Positions 38,366-48,658 of a DNA stretch of 64,000 bases are shown one piece after another. Made by a program: the position numbers and the translations under genes. The stretch covers positions 4,547-68,546 of the IMG/VR virus record IMGVR_UViG_3300013117_000236. One strand, 5' to 3'. Every line of letters begins with the position of its first letter. Position 1 is the stretch's first letter. A model generated the notes under the pieces. It had not been told where the DNA came from. It saw nothing but the letters and a program-made list of their open reading frames with translations, and ran no database searches. The stretch comes from a virus.

Positions 38366-39895
38366 ATGACTGAAAAACAACCATTAATAAGTGTGATAAT
38401 GCCAGTATATAATCAGAAGAAAGAATACTTAAAGAAAGCAATATTTTCTGTATTAGACCAAACATTTAGAAACTTAGAATTAATAATAGTTGATGATGGT
38501 AGTGATAAGCTAGTTAAGTTAGAAGACTACCTTTTACCGAGTAATATAGAGAGTAGAAATGTTAAGTTAATTAGAAAAGAAAATGGTGGTGTTGCTTCTG
38601 CACTTAACGCTGGTATTAATGCCATGAAAGGTCAATGGTTTGCTTGGTTATCAAGTGATGATATATGGACACCAGATAAGTTACATAAACAAGTAGATTA
38701 TAAATTAAAGAACCCAGATGCAAAGGTAATATACTCTGATTGGGAGTATATTGATGAAAATGGTAATCACATGAAGTATGAAACTGAACCTATATTTAAA
38801 AACTTAGAAGAAGTACAGTTTCACCTTTGTCATAAGTTTTTTGGGTGTGGGTCAACTATTATGATTCAAAAAGAAGTGTTTGATAAAGTTGGTAAATTTA
38901 ATGAAGAGTATAGGTCACACGAAGATTATGAAATGTGGTTTAGGATTGCTAAAGAGTATATGTTTCACAAAGTTCCTCTAGTACTAATGCAGTATAGAGA
39001 ACATGGTAAAGCATTAAGATATACAGCTAATGCTATAGGGGGAACATTTAATAAAGTGAGAGAAGATGGGAGGAAATTATTGGATTATTATGGTAAATTA
39101 GATAAAGTAAGTATTGTAATTGCCGCATATAACGTTGAAAACACAATTTGTGGTTGTTTAGATATAGTATTAAATACTAGGGGAGTTGATGAAGTGTTTG
39201 TAATTGATGATGCAAGTACTGATAATACAAGAAAGATATTAGATGGATTCTCCCATCCAAATTTAATAATCATAAATAATGCAAAGAATATGGGGAGAGC
39301 AATAACCCGAAATAAGGGATTAAAGAAAGCAAAAAATCATCTAATTGCTACAATTGATGGTGACATTATTCCAGACTTTAATTGGTTAGCAATTTTGAAA
39401 AAGAAGATGGAAAATATGTGGTTAGATGTTTGTGGAGGTTCAGTAAGGTGGAAATCTGTAAGTGGAGGTTACTGGACGGATTATTATGATTTTTATCAAA
39501 CTCAAGTTGCAAAAAGAAGTATTGGTACATGTTTAACATTATTTAAGAGAAGTGCGTTAGAAAGTGTTGGATTCCTAGATGAAGCATTAACAAGTGGTGA
39601 AGATAGTGAAATGATGTTTAGAATGCAACAAAAAGGATTTCAATTTTACAAGATTCATGATTTACTAGGAACACATATAGAAGAAAGAAATTTGTTTGAT
39701 GTAATAAAGAGACATTATGAATACGGAGTAGATAGGGCAATAATGGTTAAAAAACACCCAGATAAAGTGAAAGGACAATTTAACGAGAACGAAACTCAAC
39801 ATAATCCTGCAGAAATTGTAAATATATTACAAGAATTATTAAAATTAATAGGTACGTTAGGATTTAGAGAGGAATATTTAAAAGATGGGAGATAG
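38366..39895 (+). CDS. tandem double-GT2 glycosyltransferase
   Basis: two GT2 domains: ISVIMPVYN..DDGSD..SSDD..EDY and VSIVIAAYN..DDASTD..IDGD..GEDS. Confidence 0.92.
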   Translation: MTEKQPLISVIMPVYNQKKEYLKKAIFSVLDQTFRNLELIIVDDGSDKLVKLEDYLLPSNIESRNVKLIRKENGGVASALNAGINAMKGQWFAWLSSDDIWTPDKLHKQVDYKLKNPDAKVIYSDWEYIDENGNHMKYETEPIFKNLEEVQFHLCHKFFGCGSTIMIQKEVFDKVGKFNEEYRSHEDYEMWFRIAKEYMFHKVPLVLMQYREHGKALRYTANAIGGTFNKVREDGRKLLDYYGKLDKVSIVIAAYNVENTICGCLDIVLNTRGVDEVFVIDDASTDNTRKILDGFSHPNLIIINNAKNMGRAITRNKGLKKAKNHLIATIDGDIIPDFNWLAILKKKMENMWLDVCGGSVRWKSVSGGYWTDYYDFYQTQVAKRSIGTCLTLFKRSALESVGFLDEALTSGEDSEMMFRMQQKGFQFYKIHDLLGTHIEERNLFDVIKRHYEYGVDRAIMVKKHPDKVKGQFNENETQHNPAEIVNILQELLKLIGTLGFREEYLKDGR

Positions 39896-40382
39896 TATGG
39901 ATTTAAATTGGTTACTAGGATTTATTGAAGGTGAAGGGAGTTTTGTAGTAACTATACACAAACAGTATGGACACAAATGGGGAATTTGTACCCAACCAAA
40001 GTTTACAATTTGTTTGGGTAGATGGGATTTAGAAACATTAGAAGAAATACAAACTTTTTTACTTGAAGACTATAATATTGAATCAAGAATAGAACATAGA
40101 AATAGAGATAATAATAATCAATTAGTAATAAATAAAGTAGAAAGTTGTTTCAATTTAATTCCATTACTTAATAACTTAGAATGGCATACAAATAAAAGAA
40201 GAGACTATAATATTTGGAGTTATATAGTAGGAATGGTATTGAGAAAAGAACATAAGACAAAAGATGGATTGTTAAAAATATTCCTACTTAGAGAAGAAAT
40301 GAACAAAAATACAAATAGACGCAACACACAAGGAAAAAACGATGTACTTAGAGAAGAAATATTAAAAATTGGAGGTGATTAA
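39885..40382 (+). CDS. LAGLIDADG homing endonuclease (single motif)
   Basis: WLLGFIEGEGSF; C-terminal H.TKDGLLKI..LREEMN. Confidence 0.9.
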   Translation: MGDSMDLNWLLGFIEGEGSFVVTIHKQYGHKWGICTQPKFTICLGRWDLETLEEIQTFLLEDYNIESRIEHRNRDNNNQLVINKVESCFNLIPLLNNLEWHTNKRRDYNIWSYIVGMVLRKEHKTKDGLLKIFLLREEMNKNTNRRNTQGKNDVLREEILKIGGD

Positions 40383-40383
40383 T

Positions 40384-40764
40384 GTGACAGTAGTAACAGG
40401 AATTGTTGCTGACATTATTGTAAGTGGAGACTCAATTGCAGGTACTGATGAGGGAGGAATGGAAGCATCTATTACAACCGGAAAAGAACTAGAAAGATTC
40501 TTACCAGTAGGTACAGACCAATTTGAACTAATACGAGGAATGAAGGTTGTTAATGGAACTGCTAGAGCTGCTTGGATGACAGGTGGTACACTTTTCCAAA
40601 CCTTGCTTGACAGTGATTTGACATTTGAAGTTACAATTCAACTTACAGGTGATGTTGGAATAACTGCTAGTGGATGTAAAGTTGTTGACATTACAAGAAG
40701 AGTAGCACCAGGTACAGAAGTTATGACAGAAGAAATGACATTCTCTGGCCAGAATTGGTATTAA
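40384..40764 (+). CDS. tail tube protein
   Basis: GTG after GGAGGTGA; beta-rich, about 126 aa; upstream of chaperone and tape measure genes. Confidence 0.7.
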   Translation: MTVVTGIVADIIVSGDSIAGTDEGGMEASITTGKELERFLPVGTDQFELIRGMKVVNGTARAAWMTGGTLFQTLLDSDLTFEVTIQLTGDVGITASGCKVVDITRRVAPGTEVMTEEMTFSGQNWY

Positions 40765-40777
40765 ATGAGGTGATGAC

Positions 40778-41242
40778 ATGGGTTATTTAGAAAAAGAATT
40801 TATCCTTCATGAGAGAAATGAAAAGGGTAAATTAATACCTATAGATTATCCTATACCAGAATTAAATAATGAAACAGTTAGGGTAATTCCACTAACAAGA
40901 GGAGCGCTTTTATCTTTCGCCGAAAAAAGAAAAGCAGCTATAAATAAGAGAATTCAAGAACTTCAAGGAATGGCTAAAGATAAGGGAAAAGATAAGGAAG
41001 TTATTGCGCCTCTTAGTGTAGATGAGAGAGAAGTTACAGAAGACCTAATAATAAAACACGTTATACAGCCAAAGTTTACAAAAGAAGAATTAAAAAGTGC
41101 AAAACTAGTTTCTGTAATAGACAAAAAAACAGGTGAAAAGTATTATAAAGATTTGTTAATAATACTAATGGACGCAATTTATGCAGTTAGTGGTTTAGAA
41201 ATTGATATAGAAAATGAAGAAGAAAAAATAAAAAAAAACTAG
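40778..41242 (+). CDS. tail assembly chaperone (lambda G-like)
   Basis: between tube and TMP; ends KIKKN on a slippery sequence. Confidence 0.75.
   Translation: MGYLEKEFILHERNEKGKLIPIDYPIPELNNETVRVIPLTRGALLSFAEKRKAAINKRIQELQGMAKDKGKDKEVIAPLSVDEREVTEDLIIKHVIQPKFTKEELKSAKLVSVIDKKTGEKYYKDLLIILMDAIYAVSGLEIDIENEEEKIKKN
41233..41239 (+). other. programmed -1 frameshift site A AAA AAC
   Basis: X XXY YYZ heptamer just before the stop; the -1 frame is open to 41439. Confidence 0.8.
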
Positions 41243-41244
41243 GA

Positions 41245-41439
41245 TTGTTAACTAAAGTGAAGGATATAGAAGGAAAATTAACCCTTCATTACTTCTTGCA
41301 CGAAAGAGGATATAATTGTTTCACGATACCTCTTTTAACATATAAAGAAATAAGACAATTACTAGATGGACATAAAATATTGCACACACCAACAATTCAA
41401 CAAAGAACAAAAGAATTATCTATGGAAAAGAAAAGGTGA
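41245..41439 (+). CDS. frameshift extension of the tail chaperone (GT-like)
   Basis: -1 frame relative to 40778; TTG start only; LTYKEIRQL. Confidence 0.7.
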   Translation: MLTKVKDIEGKLTLHYFLHERGYNCFTIPLLTYKEIRQLLDGHKILHTPTIQQRTKELSMEKKR

Positions 41440-43943
41440 TAATTATGGCACAAGTAAAAGGTGACCAGTATATCATGGAGATGATGATTAGAGGCCAAGA
41501 ACAAGTAGCTACATCTATAGACAAGATGTCTAGGTCAGTTTCACGAATGACTTCTAGAATTAATAAGATGGGTACATCAGTTTCTAAAGATACTGCAAAA
41601 GTAAGAGGTAATATTACTTCAATGTCTTCCGCAGTTGTTGGCGCTACCGGTTCATTCTCCGCACTAGTTAAAACAGGTGCTATAATGAGTATTGGATGGC
41701 AAGCAATTAATGGAGTATTAACAGCAGTTACTCAAGGAATGAAAGATTTAGTTATGGGTGGAGTAGAACTAGAAGCCGCTATGATAGCCATAGAAACTGT
41801 AACAAAATCAACAGGTAGAAGTTATGGAGAAGTAATGCAACTCATGTCAAAACATACAGATGCTTTCTTAACAAAAACGGCTTTGGCACCTGGAATGCTA
41901 AGATTACTTTCAACGTCTTTAACAACTAACCAAATTGATAAGTTTATACAGGCAGTTAAAGATGGTTCTACAGCAATGGGTTATCAAGCTAATGAACAGC
42001 TACCTTTACTAGCAAGAGGTTTCAAACAGCTAACTGCTAATATTCTAGATAACATTGGTGTTACCGTTAATCTTAATAGATTAAGGAGACAATCAAGTAA
42101 AGAATTAGGAATAGCAGCAAATTTGCTTAGTGAAACTCAGTTGCACCAACAGCTATATAATCAGATAATACAACAAACAGAAAAATTTCAGGGTTTGTAT
42201 AATCAACAACTAGAAACAGCTAAGGGAGCAATGAATTCAGTTAGTGCTGCATGGGTATCATTAACTGAGGCTGTTGGTAATACTGAAGCGATAAAGGCAG
42301 CATCCACAGGAACAGCTGAATTAATTAGTGGTTTAGAAGATACAATTATAATAATTTCAGAAAGAATAAAAGTACAAGGTGAGTTAAAGGATGCAGAGAG
42401 AGATTTAGCTAAACAGGAAGAAGAATTATCGAATGAGACAGAAGCTATGGGTGAAGCAGGTAGAAAAACAAGGGAAGATATTAGTAATATGTTAAATGAA
42501 ATGTCTAGAGGAGAAGGAATATTAAGTACTTTTGCTTCAAATCTTCTCCATAATGCAGATGTAATAGACCAATATATTAATGTTGCCATTCAAGAATTTA
42601 AACAAAATCTCGCAGAAGCAGGAATTGAACAAGGCAGAACGACTGACCAGATTTTAAAATTTGCTCATAGCGAAGAAGCAATTATTGCTACGATGAAAGA
42701 TTATGTTAGTACTTTAGCATTTGCTAATTTAACAGGAGAAGATTTTAAAAGAGTACAAAGTGAAAATGAAATGGCTTTAAAGACACTATCAATGCAAACT
42801 GGTAAAAGTATAGAAGAGTTAATAAATTTAGGTTTTGCTGCAATTCAAGCAGACCAAGCAGAAAAAGGTTTTGGTGATACAGTTGATGTTGTTGAATTTA
42901 GTTTACAAAATATGAATAATAGAATTAGCGAATTATTAGATAATTATGGTAAATTAAGTCCTGAAGTTGCAGGGTTAGTGAAACAATTAGAGGAAGAGAC
43001 AGAATTGAGAGATGAATTACAACACCTAATTACAGATGAAGGGGTAAATATTGAAAATCTAACAGATATGATTAAAGCAGAAAATAAGGCAATGAGACAG
43101 AATAGGATACAGTTAAGAGAAACATCAAAAGAGTTAAAAATTTGGACAGATAAGCAAAGAGAAGCACAACAGGCAGTTGATGATTTGCAAAGACAATTAG
43201 AAAAGAAATTAAAGGTATTAATGCCAGAATTGTATCCTGAAGCAACTGAAGAGAAATTAGTAAATGTACAAAAAGAAAAAGAGTCATTATATAATCAAAA
43301 AATAAAAATTGAACAGACATTAAAAGAAACTACATCTGTTAAGAAGTATAATGAACTCCTTGCAGAAGCACAGGGTTTACAAACTCAGTTAGAAAAGTTA
43401 CAAAAAGAAGAAGTAGAGCTAACAGAACAATTAACTAAAGAGGTAGATGACCTTAAAAATTCGTTAGCGAAACAAAATGCAGAGTTATCTAATGCAACAT
43501 CGCATGTTAATAGTTTAACTTCTGAACAAGAAAAATTGAGAAGTTTAATTGAAAAATCAACTGATAATGTTGGATTATGGAACGAGCAATTAAGTGATGC
43601 TAGAGAGAAAGTTAAAGAATGGACAGAACAATTAACACCATTAACCGAACAAGGTGGAATACTTGACGAATTAAGGAGTAAATTAGAAGAAGCACTAACA
43701 AAGTGGAAAGAGTTTGCTGATGCAGATGATATATCAAAAACAATAACAATATTTGAAAATAAAGTATTTAAAGGTGGTAGTGGTGGTTTGGGTGGAGATG
43801 AAGATGTTCCTGGAAGTACAATATTTAATAATCAAACATTTAGTATTAGAATAGGTTCAGTTCACGCAGGAACTCCACAAATGCAAGAGAAGTTTTTCCA
43901 AAACCTGAGAAGTACAATAGGAGCGAGAACAGGAGGTTTATAA
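41436..43943 (+). CDS. tape measure protein
   Basis: 835 aa, helical/coiled-coil, ILDNIGV motif; follows chaperones. Confidence 0.88.
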   Translation: MIIMAQVKGDQYIMEMMIRGQEQVATSIDKMSRSVSRMTSRINKMGTSVSKDTAKVRGNITSMSSAVVGATGSFSALVKTGAIMSIGWQAINGVLTAVTQGMKDLVMGGVELEAAMIAIETVTKSTGRSYGEVMQLMSKHTDAFLTKTALAPGMLRLLSTSLTTNQIDKFIQAVKDGSTAMGYQANEQLPLLARGFKQLTANILDNIGVTVNLNRLRRQSSKELGIAANLLSETQLHQQLYNQIIQQTEKFQGLYNQQLETAKGAMNSVSAAWVSLTEAVGNTEAIKAASTGTAELISGLEDTIIIISERIKVQGELKDAERDLAKQEEELSNETEAMGEAGRKTREDISNMLNEMSRGEGILSTFASNLLHNADVIDQYINVAIQEFKQNLAEAGIEQGRTTDQILKFAHSEEAIIATMKDYVSTLAFANLTGEDFKRVQSENEMALKTLSMQTGKSIEELINLGFAAIQADQAEKGFGDTVDVVEFSLQNMNNRISELLDNYGKLSPEVAGLVKQLEEETELRDELQHLITDEGVNIENLTDMIKAENKAMRQNRIQLRETSKELKIWTDKQREAQQAVDDLQRQLEKKLKVLMPELYPEATEEKLVNVQKEKESLYNQKIKIEQTLKETTSVKKYNELLAEAQGLQTQLEKLQKEEVELTEQLTKEVDDLKNSLAKQNAELSNATSHVNSLTSEQEKLRSLIEKSTDNVGLWNEQLSDAREKVKEWTEQLTPLTEQGGILDELRSKLEEALTKWKEFADADDISKTITIFENKVFKGGSGGLGGDEDVPGSTIFNNQTFSIRIGSVHAGTPQMQEKFFQNLRSTIGARTGGL

Positions 43944-43944
43944 T

Positions 43945-44316
43945 ATGCCGAATATAGTATTGAAAAGTGAGGACCAAGTATCTACTATATATACATTTAC
44001 AAAAGTTTGGTTAGGTCCAGAAATACCTAATCAAAGATGGGTAGAACATCAAGTTGGAGGTAAAACAGGTGGAATAGTCCATTTTACTGGAACTGATAAT
44101 TCAGAGTTTTTAATGAGGGCACTAATCTCAAGTCATGCTGATGTTGAAACTTTAAAAAATGAAGTGTTAGCAGGTAATATAAGGTACTTAGACGCGAGTG
44201 CTTATGATGATAATGTAAGTGGTAAAGTTTATATAGTAGAATTTTCACCACGAAAAGTAAAAGGTGACCACGAAAATTATATAGTTGATATAACATTTAG
44301 GAGATATAACAATTAA
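43945..44316 (+). CDS. distal tail-like protein
   Basis: small beta protein directly after TMP. Confidence 0.5.
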   Translation: MPNIVLKSEDQVSTIYTFTKVWLGPEIPNQRWVEHQVGGKTGGIVHFTGTDNSEFLMRALISSHADVETLKNEVLAGNIRYLDASAYDDNVSGKVYIVEFSPRKVKGDHENYIVDITFRRYNN

Positions 44317-44317
44317 T

Positions 44318-46690
44318 ATGGCTTCCAAACGAATCTATGGTACTACTGTGAAAAAATGGGCGAAAAAGGTAGGTATGGTAGGGATACCCCTAGGAGTTTT
44401 AATATACGTATTCCTTGCCGTAAACGGATTTATTATAATTACCGGATATTCTGGAGACGTAACGTGCGCAGGAACTATAGAAGAACCATGTTATGCTTAT
44501 ATTAATTTCACACCAGTTATTGACGTATTCATATATCCTACAAACGATTCTACGTGGGTATTTAATGCCGAACCTACTGTAAGAGAGTTACAACTACATA
44601 GAACTTGGGGGAAAGGATGGAGAGAAATTAAGTTTGACCAAAAATGTAAGGGGACTTGGTGTGGTAAACCGTATAGCGATACTAGACCTACTGCTGAATA
44701 TATTTACGCATTTAGAGCAGGAAGGAACTATTCTATAAGATTTACTGCTTACAAAAACAAAATTACGGACACTGTTAAGTGGGGATTTGGAATAGTAGAC
44801 CCGACATGGTTAGGTTATACATCAGATGATTTCTTTGTTGAACTTATTGATAATAAAGTATTAGGTCCAACAAGCGGAGAAGCGATGTTCAAAATTACCA
44901 ATCCTTCAACGTTTAGTATTAATACTGATTTAGATATTTTAATTGAATCTGTATTAGGAGCATCAGAAATAACGAAGTTATTAATTTATGAAACTGAAAT
45001 AATTATAAAAAACATAACTACAAGTTTTAGAGTATCAGATAATACAGGATGTTTTACAATTAAAGAAATTGTCATTAATAATAAAACACAGGAAAAAATT
45101 AACAAGTCATACGGTTGTGAAACGTATCATATTGAAAATAAATATCATTTGGAAACAATATATGAATATGAAGAAATATTTGGCAATATCACTTTAAAAC
45201 CAAAAGAATCTAAAATATATACTATTAGAGGTTACTGGAATGCTAAATTAGGTGATAATAGTAGAGAGTGGATTCCAAAAATTATTGTCGCAGGGACAAA
45301 AATAAAACAGAATAAGTGGGCATGGTGGAATGCTAATTGGGGAAACAGAAGACAAATAAATGTTACTAATAATAATTGTTCTTATGCTTTACCGACAAAT
45401 TACTCTATTAATATTACATTAAATACAACTGGAGATAATTTTATGATTAATGGTAGTGACGTAAGGATAGTATTTAATAATGATACAGAACTTGATAGAG
45501 TTAATAGGACATTATTTAATACTGTAAATACTGATATATGGTTTGCAACAGTAGAAGAAATTCCTGCTTGTACTTCTGATTTAAGATATGAAGTATTTTA
45601 TAACTTCTCCACAGCAGGTGCTCCACCGAATAATGGAAGTAAAGTATTTCTTTCCTACACTGATTTTGATGATGGAACATTAGGAGAAGATTTATATGTC
45701 AATGCTTCTAACTTTGAAGCTGGTTCTGGTATTTCCTTCTTAAATAATACATTAGGTGTTTTGTTGGTTTCAAGTGGAGGTGTAGCATCTCATTACACAT
45801 TATACAGTAATGTGTCATACGGAGAAACTTATCCAAATAATTCTCTTATGGAGATTAGAATGAATTTTAGTAAAACTGACGCTGTGGGTTCTAATTTTAA
45901 ATTCGGGTTTAATAATGGAGCGGGTGGAACCGAAATTAATGCTACATATATTAGGTCTGATTATAATGCAAACCCAAAGTTTAGAATTACAAGTTATAGC
46001 AGTGGAAATTTAACTACTGTTGCACTATCTAATCCTCCCCCTCCCGCTAATGGTATATGGTATAAATATCAATTGATACGGAATAATACTGGTTGTTTCA
46101 GTATTGATGATGTTGTATTAGATTGTGTTGATGAAAATGTGTCACAAGCAGATATGGAGTTTTTCATTCAATATGAAGCAGGAATTTCAGGTAAAACAAC
46201 ACAATCAAGTATTGACCATATTCTCATCAGAAAATATTTACATCCCATACCTACCACATCTTTAGGTGATGAAGAGATAGGTAGAGTTGATACTAACTTT
46301 ACAGCATGGAATGGAACTCATTGGGAAGACCCATATATTTATTTCCCTACATATTATTGTAATATAAATGAGTCAAACTGTACTTCAACAGTATATAATG
46401 CTAGTAGGGGTGATTATAGGATAATTAATAATGGTACTGAAGTTGAAGGTAATACAATACAGATGAAATTAAATGAATCTTTAGTAGGTTCAGACTTAGA
46501 GTATACATGTGGTAACCAGAGTAATTTAAGCGCGGAAACGTTCTTTCAGATTAATTTAACTAATACATATTTGACAGTACATAATGGAACTATTGCAGTT
46601 GGTGATAGTGTTGATATATGGTGTTGGTTAAATGTAGGAACTACACCGAAGTTTGACAAATATATTGAAGTATTTGCCAATATTGTATAG
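44318..46690 (+). CDS. membrane-anchored, sequon-rich protein with DUF2341-like domain
   Basis: N-terminal TM helix; WWNANWGNRRQINV..NGSDVRIV..IWF..VFY..IDHILIRKY; more than 30 N-x-S/T sequons. Confidence 0.7.
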   Translation: MASKRIYGTTVKKWAKKVGMVGIPLGVLIYVFLAVNGFIIITGYSGDVTCAGTIEEPCYAYINFTPVIDVFIYPTNDSTWVFNAEPTVRELQLHRTWGKGWREIKFDQKCKGTWCGKPYSDTRPTAEYIYAFRAGRNYSIRFTAYKNKITDTVKWGFGIVDPTWLGYTSDDFFVELIDNKVLGPTSGEAMFKITNPSTFSINTDLDILIESVLGASEITKLLIYETEIIIKNITTSFRVSDNTGCFTIKEIVINNKTQEKINKSYGCETYHIENKYHLETIYEYEEIFGNITLKPKESKIYTIRGYWNAKLGDNSREWIPKIIVAGTKIKQNKWAWWNANWGNRRQINVTNNNCSYALPTNYSINITLNTTGDNFMINGSDVRIVFNNDTELDRVNRTLFNTVNTDIWFATVEEIPACTSDLRYEVFYNFSTAGAPPNNGSKVFLSYTDFDDGTLGEDLYVNASNFEAGSGISFLNNTLGVLLVSSGGVASHYTLYSNVSYGETYPNNSLMEIRMNFSKTDAVGSNFKFGFNNGAGGTEINATYIRSDYNANPKFRITSYSSGNLTTVALSNPPPPANGIWYKYQLIRNNTGCFSIDDVVLDCVDENVSQADMEFFIQYEAGISGKTTQSSIDHILIRKYLHPIPTTSLGDEEIGRVDTNFTAWNGTHWEDPYIYFPTYYCNINESNCTSTVYNASRGDYRIINNGTEVEGNTIQMKLNESLVGSDLEYTCGNQSNLSAETFFQINLTNTYLTVHNGTIAVGDSVDIWCWLNVGTTPKFDKYIEVFANIV

Positions 46691-46698
46691 GAGGTAAT

Positions 46699-48249
46699 AT
46701 GCCAGAAAGTAGAGGAAGAGTACATTTTGTAGTGAGGCGAGCGCATGAACCAAGGTTTAAGGTAGAGATTAATCATGCAGGAGAAGGTCTTATAGATGTT
46801 AGTAGCTATGTACTTGACGAAGCAAACTTTACTAAAAGTACCACTGAGATGGTAGGGACAGGTAATATGACATTAGATAAAGATGTATTAAATGCGATAA
46901 CTGATTTAAATTCAAACGATGAAATAAAAATTCACCTAAATTATACAAACCCAGATGAACACGTATTTACAGGAATAATAGAAAACATAGGGCAACAAGG
47001 TGACAAAATTAGTTTTGATTTTGCTGATTACGGGAAATTAGTAGTTCAAAGAACATATACAGGAGTATTTAGAGAAGATTCAGCTACAGGTAATTTAATT
47101 GACATAGTGAAAACAATATTAACAGTTAGATTTCCTGAGTTAACATATAATGATACTACCTTACCAACTACAACTGATGAGTTCTTTAGATATGCTGTAC
47201 AAAATACACCATGTAACGAAATATTCGATTATATTGCTGGGATACTTAATAGACAGTGGTGGATTGATAAAGATAAGATATTTCATATGGAGAATAGAGA
47301 ATTTGTAGACTCAGAACAAACAATTACTGTAGGTGTTAATGTAATAGGTAATTTGTTAATTGCTACTGATGTTAGTCGATGGGCGAATTATGTTATAGTT
47401 GATGGGAGGACATTTTTAGTAGGATTCCAAGATGGATTTTCGGGCGATGGTGTTACCACAGAATTTACTCTATCGGCAATACCTTTTGATATAGAAGTAA
47501 AAGTAGGTGCTACAGGTTCGGAAGTATATATGACAGGTAGTTTTGTTGGTGCTGAAGGTTATACTGCTGTAGATTACACCATAGACCAATTAGATAAAAC
47601 AATAACATTCCAAATTGCCGCACCAGCAAGTGGTGATAATATTTTGGTTGATTATAGATATATGGTAAAAGTTCACGAAGAATTACCTGATGATGCTTCG
47701 ATAGGAGAATTTAGGAGAGTCGAAAAGTATTTACCATTAGGTGCAGTTGAGAGTCAATCAGATGCACTTACTATTGCTCAAAATTATTTAACACTATATT
47801 CAAAACCATTAAAGATTTATACAGCACGTGTACCAGGGTCAATAAGTATTGACATTGGTAAGAAAGTAACTCTTGTTGATTCAGGAAATAGTATAAATAA
47901 GTTAGTTAATATAGTAGGTATAACACACAACTTTGGAACTAATGGTTGGACAACAGATGTACAAATGGTTGATTTCCCTGCAGAATTTCCAGATATGTAT
48001 GCAGACCTGATTGCAAGAGTTAGAAGATTAGAGGAACTTGATAAGATTAGTGGTTTATACATATTGAATTATTTATCTTATGGGAGTAGAATTGATATTG
48101 GTATTGTAGCAAATGTATATACTCAAGCAATTAATAATTCATTTGTATTAGACCATACAAATAATGGATTACTTGGTAGTGGTGGGAGTCCACAACCAAT
48201 ATTAGGAGATAATAGAGGAGCAGAAACGTTAATAGTGGAGGATTTGTAA
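46699..48249 (+). CDS. baseplate hub / tail tip protein
   Basis: WWIDKDKIFH, ANYVIVDG, SIGEF, IGKKVTL, ITHNF pattern of hub proteins. Confidence 0.7.
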   Translation: MPESRGRVHFVVRRAHEPRFKVEINHAGEGLIDVSSYVLDEANFTKSTTEMVGTGNMTLDKDVLNAITDLNSNDEIKIHLNYTNPDEHVFTGIIENIGQQGDKISFDFADYGKLVVQRTYTGVFREDSATGNLIDIVKTILTVRFPELTYNDTTLPTTTDEFFRYAVQNTPCNEIFDYIAGILNRQWWIDKDKIFHMENREFVDSEQTITVGVNVIGNLLIATDVSRWANYVIVDGRTFLVGFQDGFSGDGVTTEFTLSAIPFDIEVKVGATGSEVYMTGSFVGAEGYTAVDYTIDQLDKTITFQIAAPASGDNILVDYRYMVKVHEELPDDASIGEFRRVEKYLPLGAVESQSDALTIAQNYLTLYSKPLKIYTARVPGSISIDIGKKVTLVDSGNSINKLVNIVGITHNFGTNGWTTDVQMVDFPAEFPDMYADLIARVRRLEELDKISGLYILNYLSYGSRIDIGIVANVYTQAINNSFVLDHTNNGLLGSGGSPQPILGDNRGAETLIVEDL

Positions 48250-48250
48250 T

Positions 48251-48649
48251 ATGGTAATAAAAGTAACTGATATTTTAACTAACCTATTAGCTACTCATTT
48301 AGAGTCTAAGAATCAATACTTTTGTGTAGGAACAGGTGATGTTGCAACAAGTGGCGACCAATCGGATTTGAATTATCCAATTGCAATAGATTCAGGTGAC
48401 CCTACAAATAGAAATAAAGTTATTGAAAGTGGTACCATCAATGCTAACATGGTTGTATTGACATATAGATTAGCTTCAACGGAACCATCTGGAATACCTG
48501 TAACACTTAATGAAATAGGAACATTTAATGCACAAACAGATAGTGATGATTTGAATTCAAGATATGTACTACCGACAGGTCAAACAAAAGATAATTTAAG
48601 TGAGTGGGTAATAAGGGCTACCGCAACAATAATTGAAAGCGGTACTTAG
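48251..48649 (+). CDS. baseplate/fibre-attachment protein
   Basis: VGTG..L, TLNEIGTFN motifs. Confidence 0.6.
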   Translation: MVIKVTDILTNLLATHLESKNQYFCVGTGDVATSGDQSDLNYPIAIDSGDPTNRNKVIESGTINANMVVLTYRLASTEPSGIPVTLNEIGTFNAQTDSDDLNSRYVLPTGQTKDNLSEWVIRATATIIESGT

Positions 48650-48658
48650 GAGTAAAGT

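Noticed and set aside
38157-38369. 70-aa ORF in the glycan island
   Set aside because: No motif or clear RBS; the region contains a TATA-like TTTATAAA and is more likely a promoter gap.
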